A stretch of DNA of 63,982 nucleotides, the filler included, from Rhabdomonas costata (Eukaryota), in the NCBI GenBank assembly GCA_019059605.1. It is 9 parts of 9 records of this genome, joined end to end, with 100 filler letters (N's around TTAATTAATTAA, not from the genome) between each part and the next. Parts side by side here need not be neighbours in the genome. Positions count along the whole stretch, not along the records: positions 1 to 6,969 come from JAHMHO010000001.1; positions 7,070 to 14,171 come from JAHMHO010000002.1; 7 more parts are not named here. One strand, given 5' to 3'. Shown piece after piece: positions 1 to 10,500 of this stretch. The notes beneath the pieces were generated by a model, which did not search any database, was not told the origin of the DNA, and saw nothing but the letters and a program-made list of their open reading frames with translations. The position numbers and the translations under genes were made by a program. Within the stretch, counting starts at the first letter, position 1. Every line of letters starts with the position of its first letter.

Positions 1-301
1 TTATTTGGGAGGCCCCCTCCGATGGGCACTGGCTCTCTCTCTGTCTCTCTTGTAATCGCCTTATAAAAGAATGCAGATGGGGGAGCATCGAACTGAGAGG
101 GAAACAAAAAGGCGAAGATGCCGTCGGGGTGGAGGGAGTTTGTCCTACGGCTTGGGAATTCACCGCGCAACGCATGGGTGAGCACCTAGGTCTTGCAGGG
201 GGACAGAGGCCGTTACACGTGGCGGCGGCGTAACATCCCCTAAGCAACTTTCCACCGTTCCTTCGCTTAGATGGTATGCGGAGTGGAGAGGGGGAGGTTA
301 C

Positions 302-1729
302 CTTTAGCACGAACGGGTTGTCCAGGAGCCACGGCGGGAACTCCGGCATGTCCACACAGCTGGTAACCAGGAAGAAGTGCGTGGTGACCTCGGAGATCCT
401 GCGCCGCAGGGTGTGCAAATCCCGACCCTCCAGGTGGAAGTACACCACGGAGCGATTGGCAATCCGCTGGGGGTCGAAGCGGATGTGCTTCTTGCCAAAC
501 AGCCAGTTGTCGGTCTCGTAGATCCAGTCCCCCTGGATGGCGCCAAGAGGGATAGAAAAAAGGTAGAAGGTGAGCAAACGAGACATATGAGGAGGAAATA
601 AAAACACGTACCCATGATCGGTTTGCTGATCTTCGCTTCTCCTGTTCAGTTCCAATAATTGCGGTGGACAGGAGTGGTGGCGATTCACAGGGAGTTGCGC
701 TGCAACTTAAGCTTCATTTCGGGTATGCTTCTATTCGTTTGGGAAGTTTTTGCGGAATTTTCCTTCCCGTTCATCGTGATTGCCTCAATTTGACAAGCAC
801 ACCCCAATTTTAACTGCGGCATTGCAACACTGAAACGTCACAGCTCTAGCAGAGAGAGGTGGAACTGAAGGGGAGCAGGGGGGGGGGGGAGGGCTCAGAA
901 CCAAGCTCCTGAACCCGCCGCAGTCTACGAAAGGGAAGCCATCGTAGTGAAAGATCCTCTTTCGCAGCGCCTTGCTCTCCGGTCGTGGAAAACTCCGAGG
1001 TTGCAGATGTCCCGCAAAGCTCGTCTCCAGAACACATGGGTTGATAAGCTCTTCCAAAAGCTGGGCAAGCCTCTCGTCACACGACACGCTCGCTTTCCCG
1101 CCAGCATCGGTGCAGTTCCTGACTACAGAATCTGGGAGTGCACATCCCTCATTGCCGGGGCAGTGCAGGCGCTCAAACATCCCCCTCAGCGTCCGCAAGC
1201 CTGGCTCCTTCAGGTACTCCAGGCCCAGCCCAGAGCAGCTCTCACACTCCCGGCGGCACGGCAGGGCAACCTTTGACCTGTCATGGTATGCATTCCTACT
1301 GACGTTAGCACCCATGCAGAGAACTGTGGGCAAGGGGGTGTAGATACACGTCCAGTTTCTGGGCGGCAAATCTCTTTGACCGTCCAGCAGATGACTGCGC
1401 AGCTGCTGCGAACGTTTTGGAGTAGAAACGTTGGGTGACCGGGTGCCAAGGGCATGACGGGGAGTAGTGAGGACGGGAAAAGCTGGGGAACGTAATGAAG
1501 ACACAGGGCTGGGCGTTGTTATGCTTCCGTTGATCGGCTTCTGGTGGCGCAGCTCAGGTTCCTTTTGTCTGGGGACACCCAGTCCAACGAGAAAACATGC
1601 GACTGGGGCACCGATCAAGAAAACCCTACGCAGCGGAAAGGGTGGCGGAAAAACATCGCGCCCCACCCCGAAATAAGAAATGGCACCAAAGGATGCGAAT
1701 ATCTGGCAATTATATTCAATCGCATTCAA
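302..1729 (-). CDS. Exostosin/GT47-like type II membrane glycosyltransferase, 5' exons (3' part not resolved)
   Basis: Phase-compatible GT-AG exons ~1729-1350, 1295-902 and 532-302. They give a hydrophobic anchor (RRVFLIGAPVACFLVGLGV), then YDGFPFVDCGGFRSL|GDWIYETDNWLFGKKHIRFDPQRIANRSVVYF...FFLVTSCVDMPEFPPWLLDNPFVLK. This resembles the PF.SGD.FR...D...FDP...FILIT..D...LL N-terminus of exostosin-like proteins. Start codon uncertain. Confidence 0.5.
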
Positions 1730-2618
1730 GCATAAAAAGTTCTCTCAACGATGAGTTTCGCAATGTCCGAAAGATGCACACCCAAGCAAAATAACAAAAA
1801 ACTGAGATGCCGAAATATTCTGTTTTCTTGCGGATTTTGGCTCGGATATTCGGAACGGTAAACCTCGCCTCCATTTTTGCACAAAGGCCAGGACATAAAG
1901 AGAGGACGATAATAAGAGACGATTTCACGTTCTAACTCTCGTTCTAACTGTTGCACCGTGGTCATCACGAGAACAAAACTAAAGCCTGAACTCAATCTTC
2001 TCACGCACATGTACATAGTCGCTCCTGAATGTGGTAACACAGAGAGCGGTGTTGTGTGCACATACCCCAGAAAAGCGGTCCAAGAGCGGGAACAGCCCCA
2101 CATGGGCTTTCGCTCGCTCGAAGTGCCAACTCGGCTGCTACTACCAGGGTGAACTTCCAACTAAAACATGATAACATCTGAAAAAGTACTGGGCATAACC
2201 ACTAGGGCCCCCATTGTGCAAGAAAGACAGCAGCTGTGAAAAAGTTCCCCAATTAATTCGTGGAGCAGAAAAACAACCACTACAACACAAAAGTCTATAT
2301 ATACACAACAATGCAATGTGACCAGGCGAAATCGACACGATGAAATAAAGCTGCCCCGCTTGAACGCTTTCATTTTATTAAAGAACTTCCAGATGGCTAA
2401 CAATTCACCGCTTTGCACTACCACATAGGCCTGCATCCTTTCTCAAGAAAGGGCGCCATCAATGAAAGCAGTAACTGGTGCATTGGTACACTGCCTTTAG
2501 AGGATTATTTAAAGGGTATTGGTTGCCTTCAAAAACATGGAAAAACAAATACACAAACGTCATCGAAGACAAAAGGCTCTTGTCCCTCTTGTCCCTGTTA
2601 CAAACACAAAATCCAGTC

Positions 2619-5600
2619 TCACAGGGTATGCTCGGCAAAGGTCTCAACTAAGGCAGCGCCCGTGTGGTCGGCCAGCCAGGCTTCAGCGACGCACCCACGG
2701 GGTGACTGCTGCTGGTGCTGCACGGCTTCGTTCAACAGAGGAGGGCAGGGCGATGTTGAGTTAAACACCTTCTCTAGAGCAATGCCAAAGCAATGGTTCC
2801 TGATCCGAGCAAGCAGGGATAGAGGCACGTCCGAGGTGTCATGAAGGTGAATCAGCATTAACCCAGCACGGTCTGGCTTGTGCGCAACTTCCATTAGTTG
2901 GAAAAGGGGAACAACTTGGGCGAAATCCCCGCGAACTTCAACGGTAAACGCAGCGGAAAAGTCTCCCGTTTGCACTCGGATGGCTTGTGAGAAGAAGGGC
3001 AAGGAATACCGATCCCCATTTTCCGGGGCAATACTCACTCGAGAATGTTCCACGTCATTCGAAAACAACGAATACCGAGGCTTGTTTAACCCGAATTGGG
3101 GCACGTGGACATCCGCAGTGGTCTGAGGAGGGACTTTGACCTCAATGCGATAGCTAGGAGGGACTGAGCATCGCGCACGCACCGCCGCAACAATGTGAGA
3201 CACACCGGTGCACTTCAGAGGAGAGGAAGGTGGGTCAGGGCTGGTAATGCCTCCACTGGGACCCGCACTGAGTCGGTCCTGATTGAGTCTGTTGAACGCC
3301 TCATTCTCCCACCAGTCGTTTACCACACAGGCTGGCTTTCCGACACATTTTTCTTCCAGCAAACAATGAAGCACAGCGCTCTCGTGACAGGACGTGTGGC
3401 TGGCGTAACTGCTGCATACGCCCATTGGCTTCCCCATAGAAGCAAACTCGACCGAAGAGATGACGCCACCATCAGAACCTTTCTGACCTTGCTGGGCACA
3501 CTGGAGATAAAGGGGTCGCCCCTCGGCAGCGGTGTCACACACTACCCCACCAGTTCGGGTCCAGTTTACAGAAAGTACATTTCGGTGCCTCACGGTACGC
3601 CTGACAAGGGCCGCATTCACTACGGGAGAAAAGAAAGCCGCGACGTCAGGCTTGATCCGGACATGGCGGTATGCAGAGGAACCCGGTACCTGAGAGATCC
3701 CCGCAAGATGTTTTTGCATCCACGCGTCCACAGAGCCGTCCATAATGTGATCGCGGGAGTTCATGCCGGGACCTTCCAGAGGAGCATCCCAAAGTTCCCA
3801 CAGTGTAGTGGCGGGGGTTTCTAAATGACTGTTCCACTGATACGCGTACCCGGGATAAGTCTCTTGGCTGGCCAGCAGAAGGGCAATGTCAGGGCATCCC
3901 AAGGATGTCACAGCATCAAACAAGAATCGCAGACCGATTATTCCGGTATCCAGATGAAAAGCGGATCGGCGCTCAATCTCATCAAGAAGCCGCACTGCCC
4001 GCTCAAACGGAACAAGCCCATTAATAGCCATGGGCAACACGAACGTTGTTTGGACACCAATATCATACTGCATCGACGAAGCATCATACCACGTGGCATC
4101 AAACAAACGAGTATTGCGCTGAAGCTGCTCAGCAATGGGGCCAGCCAGAGGAGAACTCAGCGTTCGCGCCATGTCCAAGGCCAACTGCATGGAATACAAC
4201 AGCGAAAACCCGGAGACGAAGTTGCCGGAACATTTCGGTGCAGGAGGAGGGGGAACCCAATCTCCAAAATGGGAGAAAAAGCCCTTCATGCCGCTTTTGA
4301 CCAATTCCCCTTCCATGAAGTCTATCCACGCCATTGTGGCATTGAAATACCTTTTGAGCAAACCCAGATCCCCATACTCGGTCCACACAAGGCGGTGAAT
4401 GTATGGCAAAGCAAGGCCCCATGCAGGGTCAGCAGGTTGACTCAGGAATCTTGTCAGCGGTTCCACATCACCCACCATGCCCTGGTTCTGGTCGGCAACC
4501 ATGATGGCCACCCAATTGGAGTATAACGCATGCATGTCAAAGTTACCGACGGCCTCGTCGGAGCTCAACCAACCGTCAGCCATCCACCCCAACCGCTCGT
4601 CCCGTTGGTTGCAGTCCATCGGATAGCTCATAAGGTTGGCGGTCTGACCCCAGAGGATATGCTTGTGCAATTTGGTCAAGGTCGGGTGCGAAACCGAAAA
4701 AGTCGAGGCCAACGCGACGTCAGTGTGGAAGGCTTTGGCAACAATACTCCACAGGGAAACTTGCCCGGTCGTGTTGACTTGCACAAACCGAAATCCATGG
4801 AATGTGAACCGCGGCTGATACTTGGTGATGGTGGGCTTGCTTTTATGGCCAACGAACGTGTCCATGGCATGGGCATCGCGAATGTTCCCAAAGTACACAA
4901 ACTCATTCATTCCGGGATCGTAATGGTTCAGGATCTCACCGTGGTGAAGACTGATCGCAGACCCAGGAGACATTTCCACATCAATTTCACACACACCACT
5001 AATTGTACGGCCAAAATCGATGACTGTGATTCCTGGAGCAGGATGACTGATGTTGACAGGGAGGAGCGTGTCTCTGACACGAACTGGAGGGAAGGTGACA
5101 GGAACAAGGAGTGGGGCGAAACTGACATCGGTAATTTGGGCATTTTTCCAGCGTAAGTCATCGAAAGAAGGCAAATTCCAGCCATCCTGCTCGTAATTGG
5201 AATCGTAGATTTCGCCGTTGTAAATGTCGTCGTACATAATGGGGCCTTCGTAAATGCAAGTGGTGTTGGGGTGGCTATGCGCAACCAACAGGTGGTCAAC
5301 ATACAGTTCAAATCGCAGCTTGGGGACCTGGTTATATGCCAACGGCATACCATACCAGCCATTGCCCAACATGATGCCAAGCACATTCTCTTCGCCAGCT
5401 CTGACCAAAGAAGTGACGTCCTCAACTGAGGCCAGGGAAAAATGGTGAAAAGGGGTCGTGCCAGGGTCCAGCACATGATCAGTGGTTCGCTTTCCGTTGA
5501 GGAAAGCCTCAAAGGCACCAATGCCAGAGGTAATTAAAGTGGCGACAGAAAAGCGAGAGGGAGCCATAAACGTTGTGCGAAAGAGATTCTCGGTGGTTCT

Positions 5601-6155
5601 CCGGCTGATCCAGACGCTTCCACTTTGAGGGCTCATAACCACGGAGTTGAACGGGATGTATCGGAAGTGAGACCACTCTGACCATTTCTGCGAAAGCCCA
5701 GGGAGTTTTTCGTGGCCACCGGAAAGGCTTCGTATGCGCCATTGATAGCTGCCTAAGGATCGGAGTGAATGACCCTCCCATTTCGCATCACGAAGTTCAA
5801 AGTGGACCTCGTGAAGATGCTGGTGAAAAGCACTCGCGGTGCCGTGCCGGGATACGGATGAGCGGCTGATAGATTTCAGGCTCAATGCAGGAAATACCCC
5901 AATGCTGCGCAGTGAACTTCCCAATTCCAATATCTCCATCTGGACGGGAGAATCCATGACACAGGAAAGGCTTGGCTGACGACAGTACCACTCCGCAGAA
6001 AACGTCGGGTTGGAATCAGTGACAATAACAGCATCGCTTCGCTTGGGACCCGAGATCCAGTTCACGCGAAGGTACCCTGGGCGGCCAGTGGGCGAAGAGC
6101 ACAGCGACCCAATTGCTAACCAGAGGAAAAGTAGCCACGGGAGAAAAGTCTTCAT
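2619..6155 (-). CDS. Secreted GH78 alpha-L-rhamnosidase with C-terminal SUEL/Gal_lectin insertion; single exon
   Basis: Uninterrupted ORF; ATG at 6155 opens a signal peptide (MKTFLPWLLFLWLAIG). GH78 motifs: LGNGWY, DDIYNGEIYD, DFG, PRFTFHGFRFV, PMDCNQRDERLGWMAD, GDWVPP, HLDTGIIG, TTLWELWD, MNSRDHIM. Lectin motif: ISSVEFASMGKPMGVC...SCH...CVGKPAC. Confidence 0.93.
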   Translation of the reverse strand: MKTFLPWLLFLWLAIGSLCSSPTGRPGYLRVNWISGPKRSDAVIVTDSNPTFSAEWYCRQPSLSCVMDSPVQMEILELGSSLRSIGVFPALSLKSISRSSVSRHGTASAFHQHLHEVHFELRDAKWEGHSLRSLGSYQWRIRSLSGGHEKLPGLSQKWSEWSHFRYIPFNSVVMSPQSGSVWISRRTTENLFRTTFMAPSRFSVATLITSGIGAFEAFLNGKRTTDHVLDPGTTPFHHFSLASVEDVTSLVRAGEENVLGIMLGNGWYGMPLAYNQVPKLRFELYVDHLLVAHSHPNTTCIYEGPIMYDDIYNGEIYDSNYEQDGWNLPSFDDLRWKNAQITDVSFAPLLVPVTFPPVRVRDTLLPVNISHPAPGITVIDFGRTISGVCEIDVEMSPGSAISLHHGEILNHYDPGMNEFVYFGNIRDAHAMDTFVGHKSKPTITKYQPRFTFHGFRFVQVNTTGQVSLWSIVAKAFHTDVALASTFSVSHPTLTKLHKHILWGQTANLMSYPMDCNQRDERLGWMADGWLSSDEAVGNFDMHALYSNWVAIMVADQNQGMVGDVEPLTRFLSQPADPAWGLALPYIHRLVWTEYGDLGLLKRYFNATMAWIDFMEGELVKSGMKGFFSHFGDWVPPPPAPKCSGNFVSGFSLLYSMQLALDMARTLSSPLAGPIAEQLQRNTRLFDATWYDASSMQYDIGVQTTFVLPMAINGLVPFERAVRLLDEIERRSAFHLDTGIIGLRFLFDAVTSLGCPDIALLLASQETYPGYAYQWNSHLETPATTLWELWDAPLEGPGMNSRDHIMDGSVDAWMQKHLAGISQVPGSSAYRHVRIKPDVAAFFSPVVNAALVRRTVRHRNVLSVNWTRTGGVVCDTAAEGRPLYLQCAQQGQKGSDGGVISSVEFASMGKPMGVCSSYASHTSCHESAVLHCLLEEKCVGKPACVVNDWWENEAFNRLNQDRLSAGPSGGITSPDPPSSPLKCTGVSHIVAAVRARCSVPPSYRIEVKVPPQTTADVHVPQFGLNKPRYSLFSNDVEHSRVSIAPENGDRYSLPFFSQAIRVQTGDFSAAFTVEVRGDFAQVVPLFQLMEVAHKPDRAGLMLIHLHDTSDVPLSLLARIRNHCFGIALEKVFNSTSPCPPLLNEAVQHQQQSPRGCVAEAWLADHTGAALVETFAEHTL

Positions 6156-6969
6156 TATTGCTCGAGTGTAAAGCGACTGGTGATAAGGGAGGAAAAAAGA
6201 AATCAACCCACAAACTTGAACACAGAGAAAATAAACTAGTGAAGGATATGTACCTCACAAAGAATCACACTGTTCAACCGCCTGCCAAGGAGAAGCTCAC
6301 GTTCACTATGTAAACCAGCAGTTTAAAAACATATACAAAATTCCACATCGAGAAATTTTGCTCAGCAATGGGACAACCACAGGTTGTGCCGTTTCAGTTC
6401 ACCACCAACTCAACAACTTCCTCCAGCAAGCGTGGCCACACTTTGCAATTTGACTCATGTGACTTTTCCCCAACAGCCAAAAAAAAAGGAACTTCTTCAG
6501 AGCCTGAACCTGAAACGCCAGTCATTGGGCTGTATTTCCGGTGCTTCACCGAATCAAAACCAAACAAAACACATCAGAAGGTCAACCCCAACCAATCCCT
6601 GTCCATATTGCAGACTGGCGGCAACGCGTTGCAGTTGAATTGAAAGTGACGAAGCAAAAGTGATAAGGACAAAGAGGATTTCCTTGCACTCTTCACAAGA
6701 AGATAAACACACTGAAAGGACAAATCAAAGGGCAAATCCATGAGACGCTCAAAGCGCAGCACAACAACAAACAACAAAAAATATGACTCCCACCACGACA
6801 TTATCAATTAGCGACCTCCAAAGGAATGAATCGCTTTGACTTCACTGCGCATTTGCAACAGCAACATGCACAGTGCTGAGATCCTCAAAGGCAAGGGCTG
6901 CGGCAAGCTCCCTGGCCCCATCATCGCAGTCACCCTTATAAAAAACATCCCGATAGTGAACACCAAACC

Positions 6970-7069
6970 NNNNNNNNNNNNNNNNNNNNNNNNNNNNNNN
7001 NNNNNNNNNNNNNTTAATTAATTAANNNNNNNNNNNNNNNNNNNNNNNNNNNNNNNNNNNNNNNNNNNN
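6970..7069. other. Artificial contig-joining spacer (N44-TTAATTAATTAA-N44); first of eight
   Basis: Identical 100-nt spacers, with stops in all six frames, at 6970-7069, 14172-14271, 22310-22409, 29832-29931, 36725-36824, 44474-44573, 51835-51934 and 58604-58703. Adjacency across them has no biological meaning. Confidence 0.98.
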
Positions 7070-7550
7070 TGTTGGTGTTCTTCAAAGAGGTTGCCAGGGA
7101 GCAAAACCCACACTCATATATCACCTTCGTTTGCTTTCGCCAAAAAGAAAAAGCGTGAAAACGAAAAAATAAAACGTGAGTTGCGGCTGTAAAAACGGCA
7201 TGTAAATGCGTAAAATAAAATCCCCCGGAAAGCAGCTACTGTATTTTAAGGTAATTTACGTTGCTAAACTCAGATTGCGTTGGTTTCGCTTGAAAAGTGA
7301 TTGCGATCTGAAGGCCCAGCCCAGCGCACTGGTCTGCTTGCTTTGGCCGTGGGCTGCAGCAGATGCAGCATGGGTCTCGTGTTACGAGTTTCCGACTCAA
7401 GTTCTGGAAACGCTTCAAAAGGCCGGCGGGCTTCAGGAGGTCTTTGTATTCGCTCTGGCGTGTGGCCCGAGCTCAAAAGCATGCAGCTGTGTGCACGCCA
7501 TATGGGGGTCCACTACATTTGCACGGGAAGTTCCGGATTGCACGCTGTAG

Positions 7551-10500
7551 GATGCCGCATGTTTCCTGTGTGTGGTGGGGTGCGGCAGGGCGATCTCTGC
7601 GTGCTGGACACCCCGTCTGAGGTGTGCCGGGTTGCGTGCTCGCTGGCGCTGGAGCCCTTGGAGCGGGCGCGGAAGGCGGCCTGCGGGGACGACGGCGCGG
7701 ACGACGGGGTGTCTGGGGTGCAAGTCCTGAGCTTCTCGGCCACCGGGGTGTACCTCTACAGGTTACCTGTCTAATCTCCCAAGCCGTATTCACACATGTA
7801 CACCTCTCGGCACGGGTTCACCGGAAGGGGTACCGCTGCTTCTCCATGGAATGTATGCCGTCGTTTTCCAAACCACAGTTCACAAGGATGTCATATTCGC
7901 CGTCAGAAGTAGCGATTCTCTGCAACCTCGGTTTCAAGCCAAGGTGGTCATTCTAGACATTAAGTGTCTTGATTTTTCAGTGAGCATTGCCATCATCAGC
8001 TAGGACCCCCAACCTGTTGTTGTTGTCTGCGGTATTCTTCGTCCGTCTTTCTTTCTTATGCGCGCTTAGTGAAGTGAAGTGCAGAAATGATTACGGTGCT
8101 GGTGCCGAGCCGCACCACGGCCATAAGCACACACACAGCCCTTCATGGTCTCGTTCCAGAGGGCGTGTCTGTGTGACCCTCGAACAGGCTGAGCACGTTG
8201 TACCGCACACTGTGCGTTTACCGGTGGGCTGACGTCGAGCCCGCGCTGCACGCGGCTGCCGTGGATTCGCATTCCACCTTCGCCTTCCTTCCCGGTGCGG
8301 TGGATCCCGCGCTGAGGGTGCGGCGGCCGCCCCGGAAGGAGGAGCTTCAGGCCTACCTGGATCGCCTTGCCTCGAAAGGTGGGCACCACGCCCGTTCCGG
8401 AGCACAGTGTCCCATAGAGTCCCACATCACTCCAACTTCGGTCGCATCAGCAACGCAACGCAACGCAACTGATCGGAAGCGTGCTCCCTGGCGGAGATGT
8501 ATTGAAATAAAGAACTGATGCATGCAGAAAGACCCTTTTCAGTTAAATGCGACTTTTCTCTGACGATTTCTCTGATTTTCTGATGTTGGAATTGAGAAAT
8601 GCCAATTCCGAATTCCGAGGTACCGATACTTCTTACTGCTCTTTTAATCATCACGTCGCTGTGCACCGGATGACTTTTGGGTTGGATGATGACTGGGATA
8701 GTGTGGGTCAGTGGACAAGTGACCGAAGCTCCTCTAAAGGGACTTACAACCAATCCGTTCTCGTACGTAGAGATGCCTTTGTTTCATAGCGAGAACTGAG
8801 TGGGATGGGGGGGGGAACAGGGAAGGATGCTTCGCTGCGGTACACTGAGCTGCAGGAGCTGCTGCAGGGGCTTCGGGCGGGCGTGCTCCCCGCGAACTTC
8901 GCCGACGGAGACGGCTGCACGGTACGTGATCTTCTTCGCCCTTCTCCCCAGCGGCTTTCTCCATCCCTTTTTTCTCTCACACATCCCCTCTTGCTCCCGG
9001 AACCTTTTTACGGGGGGGGGGGGTTTCTTTCCCCGATGCATGTGTGGTTTTTACGGTGAGATCCTGATTTGCATTATTGTTGTGGGGGTTCGAGGTTAGG
9101 CCTTGCACCTGGCCTTCGTGTTGGCAGAGCAGATCCCCAGGGCCACAGCCCTGGCTCAAGTCCAGCTTCTGCTCCGCTAGGGGGCCTGCCCGTTCCTGTG
9201 CGACACTTCTGGTGCTTGCTTCACTTTGGCCGAAAAAGAAACCCACTTTAGTGGGATGTGCATAATTCGACGTGTGGGTAATTCTTTTCACCAGTCACGA
9301 CTTTGTTTGCCTTTCAGATCACGCTCATCTTGTCTCGGAAGCTCCGACAAAAGCGCTTGGATTGGGGTGCTTCGGTCATTTGGCGGCACTTCTGTTTGTG
9401 TTCTGAAGCGAGGGCTGTGCGGTCACTTCGGCTTTCGTGTCTCTAAGAACGTGGCTGGGGGCCTGTTTGTGCCGCGATGACTAAGACCTGTGGAGTTCTT
9501 CTGTTTTATGCAGAAGCGAGAACATGACAGCAGACATCAATTGTTTCTTCTCACAAAGGGCAGCGAGCGATCGACCTGCTCAATGACACCGCTGTGGAGG
9601 GACTGCAGCAGTACGTCGAGGCGGTTACGGAGATCGATAGCCGCCGGGACAGTCCTGAGCATCTGCTGGTGTGCGTTTATCTCAACCTCTTTTGAGGCCC
9701 ATGTGTTTTTTTTTCTGCATTCCACGTTGATGTGGGCTTTTTGTTACTTCACTTGCCCCATGGGTGTCCTGTTTTCCCCCGATGAATTTGCCCGTGTTGG
9801 TGAGCCGGCACCCCACGATGCCCCGGTGGTGTAGGAATCGACGGTCGAGCAGTGGGGCTGGAACTGTATCAGATTTAATCAGACCACAACCAACCCCCCC
9901 CCCTGCTAAGTTTCGTGCATCTCCCATTGAAGTTCTTTGTTGTTTTCATGTTCTGTACCACATTTGTTTGCCACATGTCTTGCTGCCCCTCTTGGTTTTC
10001 AGCCTTGCGTTGTGCCTTGCCTTGCACATCCTCCTTGGTTTACAGCATTTGTGCCGCTGCTTCATGCCGCGTTTGGGATGTCTGGAGATGCATTCGCGGA
10101 GCAGTGCGCTCTTTCTGCGGGCTTTTTGCAGGGGAGGGCGGAGCTCCCGAGCAGCTTCGCGCCAGCCCTGCCGCGCTGCGCCCACGCCGCGCCCTCCGTG
10201 ACCCGTGCAGACGTGTTCTTCGTGCTGCAGCAAGTTAGCATGCTCCAATCCGCATCCCTCCCCCCCCTCGTATTCTTCAGGTGTTTTAGGACCACATTCT
10301 CTGCTTTTAAACTTCCGTGTGACACGATGTTACCTTTTTCGGGGGGATGCTTGTAGAGATAGTTAGCTGAAACTTTGACTTTCTCATGCGCCTGCCCTTT
10401 CCTGCGCGGCTTCCCAGCTAAATCTTCTGGTTGTCCCTCACACCTAACCGGACCCACACCCCCTCCCTTCTTTCTCACCTGTGCAGACTTTTCCCGAGGT

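Noticed and set aside
3195-5156. Long plus-strand ORFs (209, 233, 208 aa)
   Set aside because: Antisense shadows of the GH78 coding sequence with no recognisable motifs.
302-6155. GH78 nested inside an intron of the GT47-like gene
   Set aside because: The upstream exons of the GT47-like gene are found at 902-1729, so the genes are simply in tandem.
7014-7025. Recurring TTAATTAATTAA palindrome as a biological repeat or regulatory site
   Set aside because: Always centred between two N44 blocks; it is a six-frame-stop concatenation linker.
7551-7761. GVRQGD...LALEPL...GADD read as a LINE reverse-transcriptase fragment
   Set aside because: The segment is cleanly bounded by TAG|...|GT like neighbouring exons, the spacing after QGD is wrong, and no other RT motifs flank it. 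More likely a host exon, though not excluded.
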